DNA from: Sedimentisphaerales bacterium
Lineage (GTDB): Bacteria > Planctomycetota > Phycisphaerae > Sedimentisphaerales > SM23-30
Assembly (NCBI GenBank): GCA_963666285.1
Contig: OY762711.1
DNA: 64,000 nucleotides
Strand: one strand, 5' to 3'
The notes beneath the pieces are model-generated. The model made no database searches, was not told the origin of the DNA, and was given only the letters and a program-made list of their open reading frames with translations. Position numbers and translations under genes: made by a program. Below, piece after piece: positions 27,552 to 36,761 of this stretch (position 1 is the stretch's first letter; every line of letters begins with the position of its first letter).

Positions 27552-30269
27552 GTGAAAGATAAAACAATATTTAAGTTTTTTTTGTTGATTTTTGCATTTG
27601 TTGTTTTTTATTCCTTAGAAATAAATGCAGCATCTTCTCAATATAGTTCAATTAAATTATCTGATCTGGATCTAACCTGTATGTCACAGGGCTGGGGTAG
27701 TCCCGGAAAAAATACATCTGTTGCGGGTAATAAGCTAAGTATTGCCAATAAATCTTACGAGCATGGTATTGGGACCCATTCTGCCAGTTATTATGAGATC
27801 AATCTTTTTGGTAGTGGTAAGCAGTTTGAGGCTTTTGTTGGTGTTGATAGTGAGTCTGGCAATCTTGGTTCAGTAGAATTTGTGATTAAGCTAGATGGTA
27901 AGCATGCTTGGACTAGCGGAATAATGAAAGGGGGACAGCCGGCAAAGAAGGTTCAGTTAGCTTTGGATGGGAAAAAAAGAATGACTTTGATAGTCAGTTC
28001 TGTTGAAGATGACAGGTATGATCATGCAGATTGGGCAGATGCTGTGATTACCTATGTCGGCAAGAAACCAGCAGCATATCAAGAGGAATATTCTTTTCCG
28101 GCTCCGAAAGAGCTTCCGGGAGGTCCGTCAAATGCACCGGCAGAGATTGTTATTGATGAAAACAACAAAAGTATAAAAATTAAATACGATCATACCCCGC
28201 TTCTAGTTGCAGAATTTGATAATTCAGCCATTATCAGTTCTTCCTCTAAAGGTGATAATGCGATAGAGCAGCAGATTAACATTTCTTTTGATAAAGATTC
28301 AAATTTCGAAGCTGTTGTATATGGCAGTTGTGAGGCTCTGGCGGTAGAAACACTCGGAAAGGCACAGAAGAAGTTTCCTTTAGTCCGAACGTCACATGGC
28401 TTGAGTAATAATTTGCGTAATAATGCTATCTATGATAGAAATCTGGATTGGATGCTGGAAGCTCCAGAAGGTACCGTCATAACTTCTTCTAGAAATAGTG
28501 ATGGAACAACAATATTCAGGCTTACATGTTCTTCCAGAAAGATTACATTAACCTTCCGACCTCGTTATTATCAGAAACATAAAAATCTGCCATATTTTCA
28601 GCCATGGACTTACAGGGTTCGTAAAGACAGTATCACAGGATGGTGTACCTGGTGGGCGTATATGCGTAGCTGTAGGCAGGAAAATGTGGATGAGTTGATT
28701 CATGCCTGGCAGGATAAAAATCTGGCTGATTACGGATATAGATTTATTCAACTCGATGATGTTTATCAGGGCGGGGTAGATGCAGAGCGGCAGATTCCGG
28801 TAAATGCAATGCGAAATTATATTGGAGGCAGACCTGAAACATGGCTTGAGTGGAAGCGTGAATTATTTCCGGGAGGTATGACAGGGTATTATAATTCTGT
28901 TGATCGGGCAGGCTTTGAACCTGGATTATGGATGGGGTGCTTTTTTACAGATAAGGAAATTGCTGATTCTCATTCTGATTGGTTTGTACTTGGCAGTGAT
29001 GGTAAGCCTTTTGTTGGGAAATGGGTTACTTACGTGGTTGATTCTACTAATCCTGAAGCAGCGGACGCCTTGATAAGGCCGACTTTCAGAGGATTAAGAA
29101 ATGCAGGCTTTAAGTATCTTAAAATAGATCAGCTCCGTCACATGCTTTACGATAATCTGAACTTGAATCTAAACTATATGATTCAAAGTGGGAAAAGGCC
29201 TGACGATATTTTTCGGGCATATCTGTCAATTGCCAGGGAAGAATTAGGTGATGATTGTTTTATACTGTCTTGCTGGGGTGTGTTGCCGGAATCTATCGGT
29301 CTGGCGGATGCGTGTCGTATTGGTGGTGATGGTTATGGTCCTGTCACCATGCAGCAGTATAATTCCTGGAATGGTATTGTCTGGCGAAATGATCCTGATC
29401 ATTGTGATGTGTCTCCGCAGAAAGCCGGACAGGGAATAGGTAATGTTACTGAAACAAAAGCGGTTCAAGCGTTGGAAAATGATTCTATCATTCGACCCGC
29501 TCTGGCATCTATTGCCGGATGTGTGCTTATGTTAAGCGACAAACCTGAAATATATCTGGATGATCTGAATCTGAGAGGTGTGCGTCGATCATCTCCGGTT
29601 CTATTTTCTGTTCCGGGACAGCTTTATGATTTTGATCCGGTGAAAACAGACAATATAAAAAAGATTGATCGTTCCAATGTAAAAGGTGGTACGTCGGTTT
29701 CTGGTATTGATGCCGACCAGTTTGGTCAGGTTTGTCCATTCTGGTTGAATGAATTTAACAAGCCTTTTGAAAACTGGTATGTTTTACATAGGTTAAACTG
29801 GACTGATAATGCAGCACAGTCAGCTAAACCCGTTTCTGTAGATTTTGCTGATTTAGGTTTGGCGGCAAATAAAGAATACCTTGTTTATGAATTCTGGTCT
29901 GATATTTTTCTTGGAGTTTGCCGTACAAGTGTGGATTTGGCCGGTTTGAAGCCGATGGGAATCGAATCAATAGCTATCAGGGAAAATACTGGTCACCCTC
30001 AATTGATTTCTACCAATAGACACTTATCGCAAGGGGCAGTTGATATAGAGCAACTTCAATGGTCTGATTTGAACCTTAGGGGGCGAAGCCGTGTGGTCTG
30101 TGGTGACCGGTATGTAATTTCGATATATATTCCTGATGGTTACCAGTTTAATTCTGCTCTAATTAATAATGAGCTTGCGGAATATGAAATTATTGATGAG
30201 AATATACTAAAAATTTCATTTTTTCCCAAAGAGACAGCCTCTGTTGCGTGGGAGATTAGTTTTTTTTAG
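27552..30269 (+). CDS. Secreted NPCBM-domain clan GH-D (GH36/GH27-like) glycoside hydrolase
   Basis: NPCBM (GIGTHS, FVGVD, DHADWADA); GWCTWWAY, IQLDDVYQ, GLW, GFKYLKID, RIGGD, NDPD. Confidence 0.8.
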   Translation: MKDKTIFKFFLLIFAFVVFYSLEINAASSQYSSIKLSDLDLTCMSQGWGSPGKNTSVAGNKLSIANKSYEHGIGTHSASYYEINLFGSGKQFEAFVGVDSESGNLGSVEFVIKLDGKHAWTSGIMKGGQPAKKVQLALDGKKRMTLIVSSVEDDRYDHADWADAVITYVGKKPAAYQEEYSFPAPKELPGGPSNAPAEIVIDENNKSIKIKYDHTPLLVAEFDNSAIISSSSKGDNAIEQQINISFDKDSNFEAVVYGSCEALAVETLGKAQKKFPLVRTSHGLSNNLRNNAIYDRNLDWMLEAPEGTVITSSRNSDGTTIFRLTCSSRKITLTFRPRYYQKHKNLPYFQPWTYRVRKDSITGWCTWWAYMRSCRQENVDELIHAWQDKNLADYGYRFIQLDDVYQGGVDAERQIPVNAMRNYIGGRPETWLEWKRELFPGGMTGYYNSVDRAGFEPGLWMGCFFTDKEIADSHSDWFVLGSDGKPFVGKWVTYVVDSTNPEAADALIRPTFRGLRNAGFKYLKIDQLRHMLYDNLNLNLNYMIQSGKRPDDIFRAYLSIAREELGDDCFILSCWGVLPESIGLADACRIGGDGYGPVTMQQYNSWNGIVWRNDPDHCDVSPQKAGQGIGNVTETKAVQALENDSIIRPALASIAGCVLMLSDKPEIYLDDLNLRGVRRSSPVLFSVPGQLYDFDPVKTDNIKKIDRSNVKGGTSVSGIDADQFGQVCPFWLNEFNKPFENWYVLHRLNWTDNAAQSAKPVSVDFADLGLAANKEYLVYEFWSDIFLGVCRTSVDLAGLKPMGIESIAIRENTGHPQLISTNRHLSQGAVDIEQLQWSDLNLRGRSRVVCGDRYVISIYIPDGYQFNSALINNELAEYEIIDENILKISFFPKETASVAWEISFF

Positions 30270-30349
30270 TAGGTAATAATTAGCTGATAAACTATATATG
30301 TTAAATGCAATATAAATAATCCAGATTTATAATAATTGTTAAAACTTAA

Positions 30350-30510
30350 GGCCACCTCTAAAAATTCATTTTAAGCGAGAGATGGATCTTTTGCTTGCTG
30401 GTCTACGTCAGATAAAACCGCGAATATAGCCCAATATGCACGATTTTATCTTTCTTGCCAGCAAACAAAATACCTCACCTTCGCAATAAAAGCAATTTCC
30501 AGAGGTACCC
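30350..30510 (+). mobile_element. 161-bp palindromic MITE, copy A
   Basis: GGCCACCTCTAAAAATT...AATTTCCAGAGGTACCC, flanked by TTAA on both sides. Confidence 0.8.
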
Positions 30511-30602
30511 TTAAAATAAAAATGAGAAGATTGTGGATATTACTGTGCCAGTAAGTGGCTTGAACGTTATTAATTTTGATATTAAATCTAGAGGAAAGTT
30601 TC

Positions 30603-32606
30603 ATGAGAAAAATCTTACTATTGTTGTTTTCATTTGTAATGACTGTTCATGCGGCAGAAAAATCTGTTTGGCTGGATGAGTTAAATATTAAAGCTATGTC
30701 GTCAGGCTGGGGGGCAACTAAAGCTAATCTTTCAGTTGGTGGTAATACCATTAATATTGCCGGCGAAAAATATGAACGTGGGATAGGTACTCATGCAGTA
30801 AGTGAAATCAATGTAAAACTAGATGGAAAAGCCGTGAAGTTTACAGCTAATGTAGGTCTTGACAATGAGGTGTCAAGCGTTGGCAGCGTTGTTTTTATTG
30901 TTTTAGGCGATGATAATGAGCTATTTAATAGCGGGCTTATGAGTAATAATGTTAAAGCTGCTCCGGTTGATGTTTCTTTAACCGGTATTAAGCTGCTGAG
31001 ACTGCTGGTAAGTGATAATGGTGATGGTATGAATTACGATCATGCTGACTGGGCGATGGCAAAAATAACATATTCCGGAGCCAAGCCGACAATTGTTGAA
31101 CCGGTTAGGCCGGAGCCATATATTTTGACACCCAAACCGGGGCCTAAGCCACGTATCACCGGGCCAAAAATCTTTGGAGCTCGTCCGGGAAATCCATTTT
31201 TGTTTACTGTAACCGCTACAGGTGATCGTCCTATGGAATTTAAGGTCGATGGGCTTCCTGTCGGCTTGAAGCTGGATTCTGAAACCGGTCGTATCACTGG
31301 TACAGTTGTTGATAAAGGAGAATTTATTACAACAGTAATTGCATCAAATTCCAAAGGTAAGGCAAAACGAAAGTTCAAAATTGTTATCGGTGATACAATA
31401 TGTTTGACACCTCCAATGGGATGGAACAGCTGGAATTGCTGGGCCAGAGCTGTTGATGACCAGAAAATTAGAGATGCAGCCAAGTCTATCAAGGATTCAG
31501 GGCTGATCAATCATGGCTGGTCATATATTAATATTGATGACTGCTGGATGCGTAAGCTTAATCTTGAGAAAAGGGATGAGGTTGATTATTCAAGTAAAGA
31601 CTGGTATAAATCCCTGGTTTCAGATGATGCGGTATTAGGCGGTTCTGCTCGAGATGAAGAAGGCAATCTTGTTCCCAATAATGATTTTCCAGATATGGTT
31701 GCGTTGACTGAATATATCCATAATCTGGGGTTGAAAGCCGGTATATACATTGGTCCCGGCCCCTGGACATGCCAGGGATATGTCGCTTCCTGGAAATATG
31801 AAGATCAGGATGCGGCATCATTTGCCGAATGGGGTTTTGATTATCTCAAGTACGATTGGTGTGGCTATAGCCAGGTTTCCGGCAACCAGACGCTGGAAGA
31901 GCTGAAAAAGCCGTATGAGGTCATGCGTGATGCGTTAGGCAAGCAACCGAGGGATATTGTGTATAGTCTATGTCAATATGGCTGGGGTGATGTTTATGAA
32001 TGGGGCGAAGAAATGAATGGTAACTGCTGGCGGACTACCGGTGATATTGTTGACACCTGGAGTAGTCTGTACAGTATTGGTTTTTCCCAGGATAAGCAAT
32101 GGAAGTATGCAAAGCCAGGGTGTTGGAATGATCCGGATATGTTAATTGTCGGCCAGGTTGGCTGGGGTCCAAATTTACACCCGACTCGCCTTACTCCAGA
32201 TGAGCAATACACCCATATCAGTTTATGGAGTCTGTTGTCAGCACCGCTTTTGATTGGTTGCGATCTGACAAAGCTGGATGATTTTACATTAAGCCTTTTA
32301 ACAAATGATGAAGTACTGGATGTTAACCAGGATCCGTTAGGCAAGCAGGCACGCAGGCTATATAACGATTCTGATATGCAGATTTGGGCCAAAGAGATGG
32401 AAGACGGCTCTGTGGCGGTAGGTTTGTTTAATTTACATGGATTCAAATCCCAGTCAATAACTGTTAACTGGTCAGATCTTGGCATAAAGGGTAAATATAA
32501 AGTAAGAGATCTATGGCGTCAAAAAGATATCGGAAGCTTTAAAAAATCGTTTACTGCTGACGATGTTCCGGTTCATGGCGTTAAATTGATTTCAATCAGT
32601 AAATAG
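30603..32606 (+). CDS. Secreted GH27 alpha-galactosidase with NPCBM and putative Ig domains
   Basis: TPPMGWNSWN, INIDDCW, GFDYLKYDWC, WRTTGDI, WNDPDML, APLLIGCDL, VRDLW. ATG 30603 follows GAGG. Confidence 0.93.
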   Translation: MRKILLLLFSFVMTVHAAEKSVWLDELNIKAMSSGWGATKANLSVGGNTINIAGEKYERGIGTHAVSEINVKLDGKAVKFTANVGLDNEVSSVGSVVFIVLGDDNELFNSGLMSNNVKAAPVDVSLTGIKLLRLLVSDNGDGMNYDHADWAMAKITYSGAKPTIVEPVRPEPYILTPKPGPKPRITGPKIFGARPGNPFLFTVTATGDRPMEFKVDGLPVGLKLDSETGRITGTVVDKGEFITTVIASNSKGKAKRKFKIVIGDTICLTPPMGWNSWNCWARAVDDQKIRDAAKSIKDSGLINHGWSYINIDDCWMRKLNLEKRDEVDYSSKDWYKSLVSDDAVLGGSARDEEGNLVPNNDFPDMVALTEYIHNLGLKAGIYIGPGPWTCQGYVASWKYEDQDAASFAEWGFDYLKYDWCGYSQVSGNQTLEELKKPYEVMRDALGKQPRDIVYSLCQYGWGDVYEWGEEMNGNCWRTTGDIVDTWSSLYSIGFSQDKQWKYAKPGCWNDPDMLIVGQVGWGPNLHPTRLTPDEQYTHISLWSLLSAPLLIGCDLTKLDDFTLSLLTNDEVLDVNQDPLGKQARRLYNDSDMQIWAKEMEDGSVAVGLFNLHGFKSQSITVNWSDLGIKGKYKVRDLWRQKDIGSFKKSFTADDVPVHGVKLISISK

Positions 32607-32786
32607 TATTTATTGTGTTTAATGTTCATAATATGTCCTCAAAAAGGTTATAAGTAATGTAAGCCGTGGTACTTGGATAGTAAATCAGCGAGAGAATCAT
32701 AATTTATATTATTGTACGAGTTAAAAGCTAAATACAGTTTTTATAACCTTAAAAGTTCAACGAGCGAGATTCCCTCTCTCTGTTGA

Positions 32787-32826
32787 AGAAAACCTCGTTT
32801 TTGGTAACAAGAACGAGGTTTTTTCG
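32787..32826 (+). terminator. Intrinsic terminator after the GH27 gene
   Basis: GAAAACCTCGTTTTTG-GTAA-CAAGAACGAGGTTTTTT. Confidence 0.75.
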
Positions 32827-33158
32827 TTTGGATTTACAGCAAATGCGGTTTTGCAAGTTTAGTTATGTATCATTCTTGTCCAAAATAAATTTTAACAAGA
32901 GTGATTTTGGTTTTATAAGGAAGGTGATTAAGTTCCAAGTGAATGGTAACATTGAAATAAGGAGACGTACTCCTTTAATTTCACTTTGCCTGAATGATAT
33001 AAGGAATAAAAGATATATGGAATATTTCTTAGGTATTGTACTTATTCAAACGATTAGCTGTATTAAATTGTTGAAGGTGATATCTAAATATTGTAAAAAG
33101 ACTTTCGAATGGTGTATAAGTTGTTATAATATTAGGTTGATAATAGGATAATAGATAA

Positions 33159-34400
33159 GTGATAAATATAAAATTATATGACAGTAAAAATTGCCCGTGT
33201 CCTTCTGATTGCAAGCGTCGGGGAAAATGCAGAGAATGTTGTGAGTTTCATCATAATCGCGGTGACCAGACATATTGTGAATATATGGTGGCAAAAGTGA
33301 GTTCAGATAACAAAGCTCCAGCTTCGCCGGAAAGATCCATTGCGAGTGGCAGAAAGTTGCGTCTTTTGGATTACGGTCCTTGTGCAGGGTGAGTGGGGAA
33401 ATTAAATCCGACCACGTTGGCCGGAATCTTAGAACGATTACCCAAATATGAAACTGCGAACCTATTGGTTGGTATAGATACGATGGATGATGCCGGCGTA
33501 TTTCAGATTTCATCGAATATGGCATTAGTGCAAACTGTAGATTTTTTCTATCCTGTAGTTAACGATCCTCGTGCATTCGGTCGAATTGTAGCGGCCAATA
33601 GTTTATCCGATATTTGGGCGATGGGGGCGAAAGCCATGACAGCGATGAATCTGTTGTCTTACCCGGCAGGAAAGATTGATGTGTCAGGCATTGAAGAACT
33701 TCTTGCAGGTGGTAGTGAGAAGCTAACCGAGGCAAACGTTGCTTTAGTTGGTGGTCATACCATGGAACAGGAAGATCTGGTTTATGGTATGAGTGTTACA
33801 GGAGTAGTTTCTCCTGATGCAGTTGTGACCAACAGCAGGGCTCGTGTAGGAGATGTGTTGCTGTTGACCAAACCTTTGGGAACAGGTGTCTATTCAAATG
33901 CACTCAAGGAAGAAGGAATGTTGCCGGCCAATGATTATGCAGCGTTTGTCGGCAGTATGGAACGTTTAAATATGTATGCCGCGTCGATTCTGAGTAAATT
34001 CGATGTTAGTGCAATAACCGATGTGACCGGTTTTGGACTATTGGGCCATGCTTTGCCCATGGCGAGGAATGGTGGAGTTTCTTTGGTTATCGAAAGCGGA
34101 AAAGTACCACATCTTCCGGATATATTTGAATATTTATCCCGGTATTATCCTTTGGGCGTATGTAAATGTAAAGAATATGTTATGGCAGCGACAAACTGTG
34201 CATCGGCAGTTACTGATGCCGCAATGTCATTATTGTCTGAAGCCCAGACCTCAGGAGGGCTGCTGGTTGCGATTAGAGCCGGTCAAGTATCAGAAGCTGT
34301 GGCAGCGTTGCATGAATGTGGCGACCCGTATACGGCGATAATTGGGTATGTAAAGGAAGGGCCGGGTTCGCCTGACGGAGAGTACTTGATTATTACTTAG
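33159..34400 (+). CDS. selD: Selenide,water dikinase (selenophosphate synthetase), selenocysteine-containing, with N-terminal Cys-rich extension
   Basis: ORFs 33159-33392 and 33393-34400 are in frame, separated only by TGA (33390-33392) in 'RLLDYGPCAG-U-VGKL', the catalytic Cys17/Sec..Lys20 position. Also DDAGV, QTVDFF, ANSLSDIWAMG, GGHT, LTKPLGTG, DVTGFGLLGH, QTSGGLL. Confidence 0.92.
33407..33425 (+). promoter_or_regulatory. Bacterial SECIS-like hairpin downstream of selD UGA
   Basis: TCCGACCA-CGT-TGGCCGGA, with a GU-containing apical loop about 22 nt after UGA. Confidence 0.7.
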
Positions 34401-34559
34401 CATTTTAATGTGGTATCACGCAGGTATTTATTTATCTGAATGCTGACAGGTGTTTTGAATAGTGTTTATGAGGAAGGTAAAAGTTGGTGCTTCAATTTGC
34501 TATCAATCAAGTATCGGGAAGAGAATAAGGTTGTTTGGTAATACAATTGAAATTCTTAA

Positions 34560-34739
34560 GGCTACCTGAAAATTCATTTTGTGCAGCGAACAGGCACTTC
34601 GTGTGCGGCGAGAAAGATTTTGCATGCCGAACTGCGTCATATTACCCCTTAAATATCGTCAAATATGCACGCATAAAATTTCCTTGTCAGCAAACAAAAT
34701 ATCTAGATTTCGCATCAAAAGCAATTTCCAGAGGCAATT
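34560..34739 (+). mobile_element. Palindromic MITE, copy B (diverged, longer left half)
   Basis: TTAA-GGCTACCTGAAAATTCATTTTG...AATATGCACG...CCTTGTCAGCAAACAAAAT...TCGCATCAAAAGCAATTTCCAGAGG. Confidence 0.75.
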
Positions 34740-35195
34740 TAAATATTATGGATTAGTTAATTGTCAGGTTCTTTTAGTTTGAGAGCTTAATAGATTGTCT
34801 AAAAACATGTTACAATAATATGTAGATCCTGATTGTTCAGCTTGAGTAATAAATTATGTTGCAGGTTATCTTCAAGGCTATCCTGAATAAAATAATAGTG
34901 TGTTTTTTCTACCAGCAGGATCTGATGACTATGGTGATTTCGAAAAAAAAGCATCTTCTCGATTAGCTTAATTCCGACTCAAATGATACAGAAATGGTAA
35001 TGAGTTCTATGAAAATTTTAGTTTCAAGTTACTATTTTTAGACGATTTGGGTTAATACAAGCAGGACCTGAAAAGTTGAAATTATTCATTTTGTAAGTCA
35101 GAACTTCTTTATACTGCGATATTTGGGATAAATCCATATGGTATTTTTCATTATTGAAGGGAAGTACAAAATTTGAATAAAATGCAAATTTAAAC

Positions 35196-35225
35196 TTGAC
35201 CATAAAAAACGTTTAATGGTATAAT
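35196..35225 (+). promoter_or_regulatory. Near-consensus sigma70 promoter with no downstream ORF
   Basis: TTGACC-N18-TATAAT with an extended -10 TG. Confidence 0.45.
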
Positions 35226-35675
35226 CGGCTTAATAGTTATAATTGAATTTAATTTAGTTATAAACTAAGAAATAGTGCAATGTAAAAAGTAAAGATGGGA
35301 AGTGTAAGTTTTATTTATGGATAGGTCAATTGTGTAATTTGAATAACGTTATTATTTTCTAATAATGTCAGATTATTTAGTTTGGATGAATTTAATTTCC
35401 TGTACTGGCTTATTTCTCGTCTATTTATTTACTTGCTTCAAAATATATTAAACAAACAATTAAGTCAAAGTTATCTTTCTGTTCTTTGAATTTGCTTTCT
35501 TGCCTCACTTCTGCATAGATGATATTTGGCTTTTACTTGTAACAATGTTTTTAACTCAAAAGAGTTTGCTATTATATAAGTTTTAACTTTGTTTTTTGCA
35601 CATTAGATTTGTTATAGAGTTATATTTTTGGAGTTTCTGTGTTGAAGCGGAAGATATTGCCAAGATAAGGTTTAA

Positions 35676-35834
35676 GGTACCATCTGAAAATTCATTTTGA
35701 GCGACTAGTTTTTCTTTTGTTGCTGACATGTGTCACATGAAACAGTGAATATATTTCAATATGCACGATTTAATGTTTCTTGTCAGTGACCAAAATCTTA
35801 AACTAACGCATCAAAAGCAATTCCTGAGGTCACT
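35676..35834 (+). mobile_element. Palindromic MITE, copy C
   Basis: TTAA-GGTACCATCTGAAAATTCATTTTGAGCGACTAG...CGCATCAAAAGCAATTCCTGAGGTCAC-TTAA. Confidence 0.8.
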
Positions 35835-36009
35835 TAATATATAATTGTACTTTGCATATAGGAGGAATATTACAAAGAGCTTATCGCAAACTTTGGTCTC
35901 AATTATTTGTATTTCGAGAATGCCAGGGGGGTATGGTTTATGACACTGGTATGCAATGATTGCCCTTTACTTATTCATTTATACTGGATAAGTGATAGAC
36001 TTAAAAGTG

Positions 36010-36250
36010 TGTTTTATATTTTGCATTTTATACAAGGCACACTTTTGACTGTTCAACGTTTTATGCAAAGGCCAGACGTGCCAATTAAGTGAAAAATGAA
36101 TAATGATAAGTGAAAAATCAAGGTGTTTCCCGATGCTCATCGGGATTTCGCTTTGCTCAACATTGTGTCTTACGTTTCATTTAAATTGAAGGAGTTGCAG
36201 GAAGGACCGTTTAGGCGATTTTTACGACTTAAAAACTTCGAAAGTTAACT
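36010..36250 (+). repeat. Non-coding repeat R, copy 2 (contains REP-like hairpin at 36128-36145)
   Basis: CACTTTTGACTGTTCAACGTT..TGCAAAGGCCAGAC..CAATTAAGTGAA..GGTGT..ACTTAAAAACTTCGAAAGTTAAC. Confidence 0.8.
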
Positions 36251-36408
36251 AAGAACAGGTTTAAACTATACTAAAACATGCAAGTTATGCTACTAAAAAT
36301 TTAGATTTCCTGTCTGAGTACTGTGTTTAATTATTACATTATCATTAAGTGCATTTCAAGCGGTTAAATATGATTATACACTAGATTTATAAATTGTTTA
36401 TGAATGTT

Positions 36409-36642
36409 CGGTTTATGCTTTGCATCATATGCATTATGCACTTTTGACTGTTCAACGTTACATGCAAAGGCCAGACAGTGTCAATTAAGTGAATAATTTA
36501 TAGTGAAGTGAAAAATTAAGGTGTCCTGATGTACGTTGACATCAGGAATAATTCGCTATCGTCTCACGCTTTGTTTAAACATAAGTGTTGCATTAAGGCC
36601 CTCTTAGGTAATTATTGCAACTTAAAAACTGCGAAAGTTAAC
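36409..36642 (+). repeat. Non-coding repeat R, copy 3 (offset 399 bp from copy 2; contains REP-like hairpin at 36524-36547)
   Basis: GCACTTTTGACTGTTCAACGTTACATGCAAAGGCCAGAC..GCAACTTAAAAACTGCGAAAGTTAAC. Confidence 0.8.
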
Positions 36643-36761
36643 AGAATCAAAGAACAATAAATTCTTTCTTAGAAGAAAGAGAGGAGGTATTATCAGGATA
36701 ACTATTTTGTCACTTGGTTGTTATTGAATAAATTTCTAAATCTTTTGGAGGTACAGTTGCT

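Noticed and set aside
32783..33151. 122 aa ORF upstream of selD
   Set aside because: TTG start within a terminator hairpin, no RBS and atypical composition; likely spurious.
33393..34400. selD starting at GTG 33393 as a separate 335 aa gene
   Set aside because: It would lack the catalytic Cys/Sec; the upstream ORF is in frame and supplies the conserved N-terminal motif.
33159..34400. Selenoneine/selenosugar (senABC-type) biosynthetic cluster
   Set aside because: No adjacent glycosyltransferase or EgtB-like gene; the neighbours are hydrolases separated by terminators and non-coding DNA.
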